Assembly (NCBI GenBank): GCA_002189035.1 | Contig: NEEC01000015.1 | Location: 2,294,001 to 2,358,000 of the forward strand | Direction: 5' to 3' | Origin: Utricularia gibba | Taxonomy: Eukaryota > Plantae > Magnoliophyta | Length of the DNA: 64,000 nucleotides | In this document: piece by piece, positions 42,078 to 55,045 of the stretch | Numbering within the stretch: position 1 is the stretch's first letter | Layout: each line of letters begins with the position of its first letter | The notes under the pieces: model-generated | Database searches by the model: none | Told to the model about the DNA's origin: nothing | The model's input: the letters and a program-made list of their open reading frames with translations, nothing else | Position numbers and translations under genes: made by a program

Positions 42078-44671
42078 TCACTGGTTTGTGGGGCTCTGGA
42101 GAAGAAACGAGGCTTTGCTCCGTACCTGCGTCGGGGTCGAAGTTGAATTTACCAACAAGCTGCAGAAATGAATGAACAGGGAGATGCGCTGCTCACGTTT
42201 GATGCGTAGAATCTCAGGTCGGTAACAGCTATCCCACAGGAGCAGTTGCGGAGACAGGTTCCCCAAAGCTGTTTGGCAGAGGCTTCGTTTCGCGCTGCTG
42301 GGTCGAAGAGCAACCAGTTTTCTGCGAGGCTCAGGTGAATGTAGAGTCTGAAAAGATCACAGTTCTTGTCCTTCACGTCTACTGAGGTAAAAGAGCCTAA
42401 GACGTCCTCTGGGCTGCGGGACTGCACAACAGAATGGTGATATGTATTAGGTAGAGCAAGGTATTAAGAGGGACGTGGGGATTTGGAGCGCATTTACCGG
42501 TGCATGTAGATATTCCATGAGGCATTCGAGTGCAAGCGAGCTGCGCAGGTGCTTGCTCCGTGTATCGACTCCGGTGATGCTCTCCACTGCTCTCAGGCAG
42601 TTTAAGTTGCATGGCAATCTTCATTAAAGGTGGTACATGTTGAGCAATATGAGGGTATGACAAGTCTTGAAATTCATGCCATATTCTAAACAAGGGGAAC
42701 CTGTTGGAAAGGGAGTTCACTGCTCTCTGGCAGGTTTCTGGCCATTCCTCATCTTTGAAGAAATGTATCACTGAGCAAAAGGCTTCGTGCAGCAACGAAG
42801 AAAGACCAACAAATTGTCGATCCAGAAAGAGGGAAACGAAAACAACAAGCAACTCTTCTGCTTCTTGAGAAGAGAATACTGAACCACTGCCCCTGTGTAC
42901 AGCACATACAGGATGACTGTCAACATACAAACGGGTGGAGGAGTTCATGTATTACCAAGATATAAAATATATTACGGCTTGTTGCAGGAATCGGCAAAGC
43001 CGCATCCAAAACATATTTTTTTCGGAGAAGTGCATAGCACATTAGAAATATATAATGGCATGCAAAGCATGTGCAGGATGGCGAATTGCCCACATTCCAA
43101 GTGTATGAAAAAACCACATTAAAGCGGTTAATGTTACTTTGAAAGTGAAAATTTTACCTTATTTTGCAGCAGGCATTGATGCATCTTAGGCAGGAATTTA
43201 CGTTCAATGGTGGTCCTTTAATGACAGAATCTGAAACGCAAGGCATGGCATAACAACCACACCAATGACTGATTCAGAGGGAAAATATGCATTTGAATGC
43301 TTACCAGACGGAGCTCCATGGTTGTCTGATGAAGCATTCGAGAATGAATCAAGACGAAAACCATAAATCCGAAAAGCTGTTTTTATGTCTGAATATCTAG
43401 GCAACCAATCCACTTTAAGTCGACAATAACCGGCCTGATTTTATAATGCAAGCACGAGTAGAAGCTTAGAGCTTTGGGAGTATATCCATTTCCTTTAAAA
43501 TACAGCATATAAGAAAAAAAACCTTATCCCCGAGAATAGCACACCAAAAATCACAAGCAGCTTCCATCAACCTTATGTCTGATGAATACAACACTGAAAT
43601 CAAAGAACGAATTAAAAATCAATAAACAGTCTATCACAGTTGTTTGATATGAAAATCACTCACATAAGTTAAATGCCCACTTTGCAACGGAAGTCTCAAC
43701 ATGCTCTACAGTACGTACGAGATGCAGTAACCAGCCATTCACCAAAACTCTTTCAAGGAAATTCTCCCCTAAAAAGGTTGATGAATACTTATGAAAAAAA
43801 ATAAAGAAAAAGATAACCAGAAGGTTGAGATAAATGCACAATAATTCTCACAAAGAATACATAAAAATACCATCCTCAACATTCAGCTCAACAATTGAAT
43901 TGATCTCATGTTCCCGGAAAGACCGCAGGACACTAGAAGTTCTTAAATCAAAATACTCTTGCTGCGGCAACTTCTCCTTGAAAACAAAAATCCCAAATAT
44001 ATACATAGCATAAGGCAATCAACTCATAGCATCGCATAGAAAGAAACAAAATGAGAATGAGACCTGATTCCAAAACGCTGCAATGCCCCAGGGTGACACC
44101 TCCTCTTCACTGCCGATCTTGTTTATCTATAAAGGGCTATTGCATGAGTAAGCAAATGGCCCATGAAACTCAAGGCAGATAGAAACAATAAGCATGCCTC
44201 GTTTCGGCACTTTTCTACGCACTCAGACAATTTAACTTCTGCTGCTTCATCAAAGACATCCTCCACTTCACAGGCTTTACGAATCTCTCTGACTTTTGAG
44301 TTTCTAGCCTTAAGCCTCTTCTTTTCCTTCTCGCAATCCTCCAACAGATCATCCAAACCAATGAGGGCCTTTCTGTGATGAAAGAAGAAAAGACAGTCTG
44401 ATTCATCAAAAACCATCAAAACGCTGCAAAATCGACTTGACTTAAAAAATAAATCTTCGCATGAAAAAATGAAATTCTACACCCAAACAAACAAAAAATG
44501 ACTCATCATACCGAAAAAAGAAAAGGAAACTTTGACATCAGCATGATGAAAACTGACAAGCGAAAAGAAGGAACACAAAAACAGGGAATACCTTCTCTTG
44601 TTGGGAGGCTGAGAAATCCCAACTGGGTTTTCAAGCTCAAAGTCCTCCAGGAGACTAAAATCGTCCCCCAT
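42078..44671 (-). CDS. ASAP1: SMC5/6 subunit ASAP1/NSE5-like (At2g28130-like), multi-exon
   Basis: KALIGLDDLLED, ACDFWCAIL, KVDWLPRYSDIK, LFLDRQFVGL, NCLRAVESITGVDTRSKHLRSS and DLRFYASNVRSKASFLLQ match the recalled At2g28130 family. The exons assemble in frame. Confidence 0.8.
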
Positions 44672-45713
44672 CCCTTCCCTTCACTCCGCAGCGCAAGGAA
44701 ACAGAATTCTGCTTGAAAATTATGGGCGCCAACGCCGAAGAGAGCATACCTAACGTGGGCAGGGAACGGGCCGCCCCTAAATCAGACATCAGGCCCAGTT
44801 GTCTTATTTCGCCCGCACGCTTTTATAATAAATATTTAATATATTATTACAGTGCAAGTGTTACTTTAATAATATAAAACGCATCTCTTCTGTTGGTCTT
44901 CCTCCTCCCAAGTAAAATCCCCGTTTCACCCCTACAACTGGCCCCACTCAGTTCCCGATTAAATTCGCTATTAATAGACTGCCGCTGACCAGAAATGTAG
45001 CACCCACAAGGCCTACTAAATATCTGTATCATAAAAGCCCGGCCTCATTGGCTTGCATCATTGAGGTGTTTGTCGTCTTTTTACCGAATTAATTTTGACA
45101 TTTTATAGAAAATTAGAAAATCCCAAACTAATGGCAAGGTCAATGCTTAAATTAATATTTTTATTAAAAATATAATAAACGGTACTCAATTATTTTGTAT
45201 TTTAATTTTCCACCCCCCAAGATCTTCAACATTGAAAACTAAATGAATTCTTCTCCCTTCTTGTCTTGGATCTCTCTGTTAGGACAATTTTGTGTAAAAA
45301 GGAGGTGTGTTGTTGGGGAGCTCAAGAACAACGGTAATAGCGATTTTGCCCCCTTGAGGTGTTTTTGAAATTAATTTTCCACATTTGGGACAGCGGTGTA
45401 AAACGGGGGACAGAGGGATGTGTCTTCCCCTCCGTCACCACATCTTGATCGTCTCTATCTGGAGCAGGTGCGGTGTGTTCACTGTTCAGGAAAAAAAAGG
45501 AGCAACCTGGGAAATGTAAAGATTCTTTTTTTTTTTTAATATCTGAAGTTCGAAGCAACAACGAAACTCTACCAAATCTATCGTCATTGTGTTCAGTCAA
45601 ATCTATGTCTGTTTCTGTGTTTTGCTTAATCTCCACTTCTGCAACTACCAAACGCAGATAGCTCCACGCAGATGTGCTCTTTTTTAAGGGGGGAGGGAAT
45701 TGGAAGTTCGGAG

Positions 45714-47309
45714 ATGATTGATGTCAGAAAGGTGCGAAGGTTTTACGTGCTCAAGGGCGGAATGAGGAGCCGTTGGAGACCTGAACGAAGCTTTTGGTTC
45801 AGAAACTTGAGATGGGCTCTCGGGTGTTTTCTTACTTTTTGTTTCTTCTGTTCCTTTGTCAAGAAACCAGCAGTTTCTATCTCCAGAACCGTTGTTGCGA
45901 CGTCTAAACCGTCGCGTGCGCTTTTTGAAGATGAGCCTTTTTTCAATTCCTCCGGCTTACGTCTTCCCCAGAGCCGCCGTGGTAGCGCTTTCGGTTTCTT
46001 ATTGTTGATTTGATGGTTCTTGTTCGTGTATGCGCGCGCTATAGCTTTCGTTTTCTAATTTTCTCGTTTTGCTTGTTGCAGAGTCTTCTTTGTTTGGGGG
46101 TATGAAGGTGTACGTCTATGAATTGCCGGCGAAGTACAACATCGCCTGGCTCTCCAATGAGCGCTGCGGTCGTCATTTGTTCGCGGCTGAGGTAGCTATT
46201 CACCGTGCGTTAATGACAAGCGATGTGAGGACATTGGACCCACGGAAGGCCGATTTCTTCTTCGTCCCCGTTTACGTTTCATGCAATTTCAGCAAAGTCA
46301 ACGGATTTCCGGCGATTGGCCACGCCCGGTCTCTTGTAGCGGAGGCCGTCCGGGATATCTCCGACCGACTCCCGTTTTGGAACCGCAGCGGCGGCGCTGA
46401 CCATGTGTTCGTCGCCTCCCATGATTTTGGGGCTTGCTTTCACACGATGGTAAGAACAAACATGCCCTCGTCGCATTTGTGAGGAGCTTCGATTTGATAT
46501 TCAAATTCGTGTATTTGCAGGAGGATGAGGCTATGGCGGATGGGATACCGGAGTTTCTCAGAAACTCGATAATTTTGCAGACATTCGGTGTGAAAAACGA
46601 ACACCCGTGTCAGGCGGCTGAGCATATCGTGATTCCTCCTTACGTCTCGCCCGAAACCGTTAACGCCACCATGGAGAAATTTTCGATCCCCAGAACCCGC
46701 GATATCTTCGCCTTCTTCCGAGGAAAAATGGAAGTCCACCCGAAGAACATCAGCGGTGGATTCTATGGAAGGTATATAGATTTTATCTCCCGGTCTCCGC
46801 TGGTATCATAAAGTTAATTCTTTTTTTTTTTTTTACTTTTCTCCGGCAGGAAAGTACGGACCATGATATGGCGGAGACACCGCGGTGACCGGCGGTTTTA
46901 TCTCCGTCGACACAAATTCCCGGGATATCATTCGGAGATCGCACGCTCGATTTTCTGTTTGTGCCCGTTGGGTTGGGCGCCGTGGAGCCCGAGGCTTGTA
47001 GAATCAGTGGTATTAGGCTGCGTGCCTGTGATAATCGCCGACGGGATCCAGCTGCCCTACCCCTTCGCCGTACCGTGGCCGGAAATCTCCCTAACGTTGG
47101 CGGAGCGCGATGTCGCGAAATTGGGCGACATCCTGCAACACGTGGCGGCGACGAATCTCACGGCCATCCAACGCAACCTTCGAAACCCGACGGCGGGAAC
47201 CGCTCTGCTCTTCAACGTTCCCATGGTGAAAGGCGACGCCACGTGGCAAGTCCTGGTGGGCCTCCAGGAGAGGCTAGATCGGTCCCATAGAGCAATATCC
47301 ACCCAATGA
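45714..47309 (+). CDS. IRX7: GT47 exostosin-family xylan glycosyltransferase IRX7/FRA8/F8H-like
   Basis: MKVYVYELP, HLFAAEVAIH, FFVPVYVSCNFS, FRGKMEVHPKN, FCLCPLGWAPWSPRLVES and GDATWQVL. Confidence 0.93.
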
Positions 47310-49375
47310 GAATCATCCACGTGTAGATCAAAGGGATGAGATCCACGCTCCAGGTGTGGTCCACGTGTTAGGTGTACTAGGGAGTGCGCCCAGGTGCTTT
47401 CGATGTGGACGGTCGGATTATAGCGACGTGCATCGGACGGTGCAGGATGGAGGAATGATTTGAGGCACGACTTTACAGCGAGGCACAGCCTGGAAAGGGC
47501 CGTATCAGTACGTGCTTAAATACGCGTGGTCACGGGCGCGTGGATTAATAGATCTGCCCCAAATTTAACCGTTACCACCCACCGCTGACTCACGCCCACG
47601 CGGCACTTACTTAATGGCAGTTAAAGCAGAACCCCCCATGCCCTTTTACCGCGGTAAACCGCTGAAGGGTAAATCTAGAGTTGGCCGGCACGGGTAGCCG
47701 TTGAAATGATCCGATATTTTTTTTTTTTTACTTTTTGTTTTAAAAAATTAAAAATATACATTGCGCTGACAGAAATGGTGTTATTTATTTAAAAATGATA
47801 ATCAGTGACTATATTTTAGGGAAAGAAATTAAGGATTATAACATACAGTCAAATTGTGTTAACTAGTTTGAGCATGTTTGGATATGTAATAAATGGGTAG
47901 GAATTATTTCAATAAAAAGTAAATAATTATTTGTTTAAAAGGGCCTGTAATTAAATCCTTGAACCAATCATATCACTTTACAAATTCTTCATAATCTTAA
48001 ATTCACGCATAATGGCTAATAAAAAGGGAGTCATCAGAGGGTGGGGTTGGATCTAATACTAATCACAACCAAACTTAATTAAAGATTTGTGTAATGGATT
48101 CCTAATCATAACAATCCTAAACTGATTAGGAATCAAAATCGATTACTGCATAAATGATATGATTTTTATACTTTTCTATTCATATCCAAACTATTTATTA
48201 TTGATTTTGAATTTAAGGATTCTGAAGGAGTTCTCATTTTGATTGATTTATAGGTAATGTATGAACATCCCTTGAACAAAACTAAACTACCACATTCCCT
48301 TTAGTTGACCTAAAGATATCGGAATTGGGCTGGCGATCAGCCCACTACTAAGAAATTGGGCCCATTCATGATTGCTGGCAATTCAAAACATCCGTAACGG
48401 GCTTCCCGTCTCAGCCCAAACGTTATGTGGGCCGCTACCGACTAGCGCTAACTGACGACAGACATCTCGGCGCCAAGCCGAGCCGAACCAGAAATTTTTT
48501 TTTTTAATTTTGATGGAAGGATATTGGATTTGAAATTTGATAGACGTGATCTGTCCCAGAAATTTGGCAGGAGAAGAAAAGTCGTTTTATTAAATAAAAT
48601 AAAAAAATAAAAAAGGCATGTGGGAGATTGGGCAAAGACCATCCCACTAAAACAAAAACAGTATATACTTTAAGCCACTGGAGGAGAGCCGAGCTGTCAC
48701 AGTGACAACGCCACTCAATAGTGAATTATAATATTTTTAATGTTCGAATTTCAAAATGATTTTTTTTTTCATAGAAAAAAATTCAAAATTTTATGGAATT
48801 TTTTTTAAAATGAATAACAATAGTAATATAATTAAAGAAATCTCATGTTACAGTTACTTGAGGAGGAGGATCAGGTGACCGGCCCGCCCAATAAGAGCGT
48901 GCCACGTTTCGACCACTCAATGCATTATGGTGCATGGGTTTTTGCTTCGTTGCTTGGCTTTAACCGCATTTCTAATCATTGTAGGTGACCTTTTTACTCC
49001 CCCAAATGCTCAAAAAGTTATCTTTTCCAACTCCAAATTTTAACCCTGGTTACATTATATATTAATTTTTTACTTTAATGTAGATGATAAAATGCAGGAT
49101 GATGGAAGGACAATTAGTATTATTGTACGGAAATGACACGCAAGGCAAGGTTAAGTGTGATAAGCAACGGCAAGGCTATTCGAGTTGGTGCTGGATAGCT
49201 CATAGCTGTAATGAATACGAGCAAAGCGATAACTTACCTTTTTTTCTGGTTGTAGCCCTTTGACTTGGAAATGTAATGATGGTTGCTGCCCCCTTAAAAG
49301 GCCTAACCAGACAACTTAACACACCAATCATAGGCTGCTGTTGCTCCCGCTCCATACACTGCGACACGCTCGGGG

Positions 49376-50288
49376 ATGGGGAGGGCTCCTTGCTGCGATA
49401 AGTCCGCCGTCAAGAAGGGCCCCTGGTCGCCGGAGGAAGACGCTAAACTCAAAGACTTCATCCACAAATTCGGCACCGGCGGGAATTGGATCGCACTCCC
49501 CCAGAAAGCCGGTAAGGGAGTCACCGTTTCCCACTATGGAAATAGTCAGCATTTTTTTAGTAGATTTTGGATTTCCTGTGTGTTTTTTTGACAAGGGTTG
49601 AAGAGGTGTGGGAAGAGTTGCAGACTGAGATGGCTGAATTACCTCAGGCCGAATATAAAGCACGGGGAATTCTCTGATGAAGAAGATCGCGTGATCTGTT
49701 CCCTTTATTCCACCATTGGAAGCAGGTTTTTTTTTTCTACCCTTGGATTTTGGGTTTTCTTGACAAATTAAAACAAGATTCATCTTTTTTTGGTCAGATG
49801 GTCGATTATAGCAGGGCAGTTGCCGGGAAGAACGGATAACGATATCAAGAACTACTGGAACACTAAGTTGAAGAAGAAGCTCCTCTCTGCTGGGTCAAAC
49901 AAGGGGCTACCTGCTCCACCACCGCCCTTGGCGGCGGCCGCGCAACCCCATTTCCCTCCAGCGGCCTTTTACGGCGAGCCCAGTTCTCTATCAACCCCGC
50001 AAAGCAGTTTCTTCTTCAACAACAGTAATCCCACTTCTTTTCAATCGGATTTCCAGAGCCTGCTGAGCTACTGCTCCAACTCCCCTCCGGTTACCAAATC
50101 ACCTTCGGGAGGTAAAAAACGAGTACCTTATTCCGGATCGAACGCTCACGGGAGGGCCGGTGGATCAGAAACAACCTCTCGATAACGTAACTCAACAACA
50201 GCAGATGCAGCTCGAGGAAGTGAAGCAGCTGATTGATTCTTCTCCCGGGATTCATGGGATTGATGATAGTTTTCTGTACTATTATTGA
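49376..50288 (+). CDS. RAX: R2R3-MYB, subgroup 14 (RAX/MYB36-37-like)
   Basis: [22 protein letters not shown]...[32 protein letters not shown]...[13 protein letters not shown]. As assembled the ORF stops at 50185, but a shifted frame ending LEEVKQLI...LYYY* at 50288 resembles RAX C-termini. Confidence 0.9.
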
Positions 50289-50652
50289 CTCCCGGAAACA
50301 AAAATCCCCATTTTGTAATTAAAAAAACCCAGTGTTTGTTCTGATTAAATTTCAACTCAATATTTTCCTATTCTATTACAACGATCTTGCAATAATTGCA
50401 TTTTCTTTAATTTTTTTAATCCAAATCGAATCGCGCATGCAGTTTCCCTAATGACTGAAACGTGAGTGAAGCAGTGAGACGACGTCGTATGGCATAGGGG
50501 ACGCCTATCACGCACGGGAGCCCTCCCCTGATAGGGGCGGGGGAGTGGGGGCTCAGCGGCAAATGATTGACCGCGAAAGGGCCCCACGGTCCAGTTGACC
50601 ATCCCTGCGCCCTCACCTAAATTCACATACACACGCCTCACCCAACCAAAAC

Positions 50653-50714
50653 CCATCCATCCAATCCATCCAATCCATCCATCCATCCATCCATCCGTCC
50701 GTCCATCCATCCAT
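50653..50714. repeat. Imperfect (ATCC)n microsatellite
   Basis: ccatccatccaatccatccaatccatccatcc...gtccgtccatccatccat is directly visible. Confidence 0.9.
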
Positions 50715-51581
50715 TCTTGATGTGCATGCTCGGGGCTTTTTTAAAATTTTAATACCATTTTTTTCTTTTTATTTTTCTTGCACGACACAACAAGGTAGGC
50801 GGCGTTGACCATGGGCTGCATGAGGGTGACGTGTTCAGCATGCAGGGTCCTCCTCCCTGCATTACGTTGTTAGGTCTTTTTAGGCAATTCATTTTTTTAA
50901 TAAAAAGGTTGTGTAGGAGGGGTGTGTTCCACTGTGGTACAGTAAGAGGGGTGCACAGGAAAAACCTAAAAGAAGGATAATTTAGGGCACACGTCAACAG
51001 TGACATGATGTCATGCCTGCGGCATTTAGTTTACATGTGAAATTGCACATAAATATATAATATGGTCCATTTATGAATATATTATTGTTCTTTTTTTGGA
51101 AATTGGGTGGGAGACATGATAGGTATTATTGGGCGGTGATTCAACACAAAGCTGTGGGTGATCAACGGACAGATCGGACGGTGGAGGGGGAGAGTGAGCA
51201 AACCTACTTTTTGGGCCGGGTTGTCTAATGAGCTTGGGCTGGATCTTCGTGTTATCTGGCCCATTTCATTGAGTCCACCGACTAATCCGTGACGAATCTC
51301 TGAAATGCCAAGGTTTCATCGTACGGCTAATACGTCATCTCAGGTTGTATGTATATATATGGGGCTTCGCTTTGGAGTGAAAATTTAGAACCCTTGTTTG
51401 GGGTGCTGCTGCAGATCGGTGTCCCTGGTGCTGGAAATCTGGATCTCTGTTATCTCGGGGATAACTGTTAATCGTAAGGATGGGGAATTCGTCGTTTTTT
51501 GCTTTGAATTCTAGACATTGTGGAATATGATTCAGATGTAGCTTTCTGAGTTACGGAGTTGTGTTTTTTTCTTTCTTTCAG

Positions 51582-53924
51582 ATGGTTTCCGACGCCAGCA
51601 AGAAGAAGGCGGCACAGAAGAAGGCCGCGGCCGCCGCAAAGAGAGGAGGCAAGGCTTCGTCCTCAGCTTCGGTAGTTTCATCGGCTGAGAACGGAAGCAA
51701 AGTTGATAGTTTGGTCACCAGTGTTGCCGAGCTTCAGTTGTCTGATCGGACCTGTACTGGTGTTCTCTGCTCGCATCCATTGTCCAGAGATATTCGAGTG
51801 AGCTCCTAGATCATTTTACCCGTTAATGAAATCATTACTTATTTTCAGTGAACCTAGTTTTCGTCGAGGTTTATTTTTCTGGTGAATGAATGTGTGATTG
51901 ATTTTAAAATTTGTATTTTTAATCGTTTTTTGTTCTCCCGTACCGCGAATTTTCCTGTTGCATGCAAGAGAATTAGAAGTGATTGCCAAACTTTTTTTTT
52001 TTTTTTCTGTTCTCTTGCACTCGGATTTATAAGGAATTGTGTCTTTTGGTTTTTGTAGATAGAATCCCTTTCCCTGACTTTCCATGGCCATGACCTAATT
52101 GTTGACTCAGAGCTGGAACTCAATTACGGAAGGTATGGGGTTATTTTCTTTGAACTTGGAATTGCCAAGATCAAAACCTTAAATATATATTTAATTTTGC
52201 AGGCGTTATGGTCTGCTTGGGCTGAACGGCTGTGGGAAATCTACTCTTCTTGCGGCAATTGGTTGCAGAGAGCTCCCGATTCCAGAACATATGGACATCT
52301 ATCACCTTAGCAGGGAGATTGAAGCCTCTGACATGTCATCTCTTCAGGCTGTTATTAGCTGCGATGAGGAGAGACTGAGATTAGAAAAAGAAGCTGAAGC
52401 CTTGGCTGCACAGGTGCTTTTACACATACGTGGTTCAGTTGAGGCCTTTGTTTTCTTTTTATAGTATAGTAGCTTATTGCGAGATTCTATTCTTAGGACG
52501 ATGGTGGTGGAGAGCAACTTGAACGGATTTATGAGCGCTTGGAAGCAATGGATGCATCGACAGCTGAGAAGAGAGCTGCTGAAATACTGTTTGGCCTTGG
52601 ATTTACCAAGAAGATGCAAGAAAAGAAAACAAAGGATTTCTCTGGTGGTTGGAGGATGAGAATAGCTTTAGCAAGAGCTCTTTTCATGAACCCGACCATA
52701 TTGTTGCTAGATGAACCGACAAATCATCTAGGTATACATACTATGGATATAAGCACATATTCAGCTGCATTTCTCATTATTTGCTTCATCTTCAATCAGT
52801 TTCATGAGCAATTGTTTTTTCCTATGTGTGACGCTGCGTAATGTAGTTCACTTTATCCAATTGCAGATTTGGAAGCTTGTGTCTGGTTGGAGGAAACATT
52901 GAAGAAGTTCGACAGAATTTTAGTTGTCGTTTCTCATTCCCAGGACTTCCTGAATGGAGTCTGCACCAACATTATCCACATGCAAAGCAAGAAGCTAAAG
53001 CTTTATACCGGTAACTATGACCAGTATGTCCAGACTCGGTCTGAGCTTGAGGAGAACCAAATGAAACAGTACAAGTGGGAGCAGGACCAAATAGCTTCAA
53101 TGAAGGAGTACATTGCACGTTTTGGTCATGGTTCTGCAAAGCTTGCTCGTCAGGCTCAAAGCAAGGAGAAAACTCTGGCAAAGATGGAGAGGGGTGGCCT
53201 CACAGAGAAGGTTGTCAGGGATAAGGTCTTGGTTTTCCGATTTCAGGATGTGGGAAAACTCCCACCCCCTGTCCTTCAGTTTGTGGAAGTTTCCTTCGGC
53301 TACACTCCAGAGAATCTGATCTACAAGAACCTTGATTTTGGGGTGGACCTCGACTCCAGAGTAGCCCTCGTCGGACCCAATGGTGCTGGAAAAAGTACTC
53401 TGCTGAAGCTGATGTCAGGGGAACTAGTCCCTTCCGATGGAATGGTTCGTCGCCACAACCACTTGAGAATCGCACAGTTCCATCAGCATTTGGCCGAGAA
53501 ACTCGACATGGAAGTATCAGCTCTGCAATACATGTTGAATGAGTACCCTGGAAACGAGGAGGAGCGCATGAGAGCTGCTGTAGGAAAATTTGGCCTGAGT
53601 GGAAAAGCTCAAGTGATGCCGATGAAGAACCTGTCAGATGGACAAAGAAGCCGTGTCATTTTTGCATGGCTTGCTTACAGGCAGCCGCACCTGCTCCTCC
53701 TGGATGAGCCAACCAACCACCTGGACATCGAGACGATCGACTCCCTCGCCCAGGCCCTGAACGAGTGGGACGGCGGCATGGTCCTTGTGAGCCACGACTT
53801 CAGGCTCATAAACCAGGTAGCCCACGATATCTACGTGTGTGAAAACCAGAGCGTAACGCGATGGGAAGGCGACATCATGGACTTCAAGGAGCACTTGAAG
53901 AGCAAAACCGGGGTACCCAACTGA
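51582..53924 (+). CDS. ABCF1: ABC transporter F family member 1 (ABCF1, soluble ABC ATPase)
   Basis: [24 protein letters not shown], Walker [10 protein letters not shown] and GPNGAGKST, signatures FSGGW and LSDGQ, and [10 protein letters not shown] twice. Confidence 0.97.
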
Positions 53925-54941
53925 GCCACAGCCCTCGGTAACATCGCCAGCACCTGCAGGTAACGAATCAGAAGGGAAAAGGCGTGTATGAATGGATATC
54001 TTCCCGCGTCGCGAGGTGTCCGCGTGTCTTTGTTTTAACAAGGGAATGAGGTTTTTGTCTCGAGATACTGATACGTACTGTTGATTGTATTTTTGTCACA
54101 TTATTTATAGTCAGGTAACGATTTTGGGGAAAAAAAAAGAAAAACAATATGAATTTGATGAAATGAACGTAACAACATCCATGCGGTTGGCGAAAAAGAA
54201 AGAAACACTTTCTTTTTCAAGGTTTCAAGCATTTGGCGCGAAAAATCTGAAGGTGAAGGCGAGGACAGGGAAGGAGAACCCAACGACGACTGTCTGAAAC
54301 ACGCACATAATACCAATTATCTTCTGCACACAAACACATTTCCTTTGTTTTTTTCTCCCCAGTTCCCAAGCCTTTACAGTTTAGGTGACCTTGTCCTAAA
54401 ACTTACATGTCTCTCTGGGCGCGTCTTACGTAAGCATCCATCACATCAGATACTCGATCTCCAGCATGGCCACCAGCTCGAGTCTTACAAGTCCACACAA
54501 GTCGATAGCTGGGAAGCGCAGGGTGATGGCATGCCTTGGACCAGTAGATGGGGGAGTAGCATCAAGTACAGTTGAAAGCAGGATAAAAGCTTCATGCCCC
54601 TGGCCCATCCTATGAGTACACAATTTACAACGAAGAAACATGTAAATACCATCACTTTTCTTCTGTAAATTCGAATCAGTTGTGTTAATTGTGTAGCCCT
54701 ACGGGGATTTCATATCACATGCTGAGTTACGTAGCAGACTCTTTCTCCCTCTCTATCTGGTGTCCACACACAAAGAGACCCTTTCTAAACCCCCACTCTC
54801 TCTGTGTGTATATATATATTGCTTCTCTTCCCTTGAGTTATCAGTCTTTGTTTGTCTGAAAGTTTGTGTGCTTTCTTTCTAGGGTTGAGTCGTCCTCTCT
54901 TTTTTCTGCATTCATGGAATGAATGCCTAGGAGAAGAGGCC

Positions 54942-55045
54942 GTAGTTTTCTGGTGCGGCATCTTCAAGATTCACACGAGCATGGGCTGATGAGACGGTGC
55001 CGAAGAATCGATGCGAATCTTGATGATGCTGCATCTGCAATCCAC
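54942..55045 (+). ncRNA. MIR172: MIR172 precursor hairpin; mature 55014-55034, star about 54955-54975
   Basis: The 3' arm CGAATCTTGATGATGCTGCAT matches miR172 positions 2-21. The 5' arm GCGGCATCTTCAAGATTCACA pairs with it (two G:U pairs, mismatches at mature positions 1 and 11). A TATA-like run lies at 54809-54818. Confidence 0.93.
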
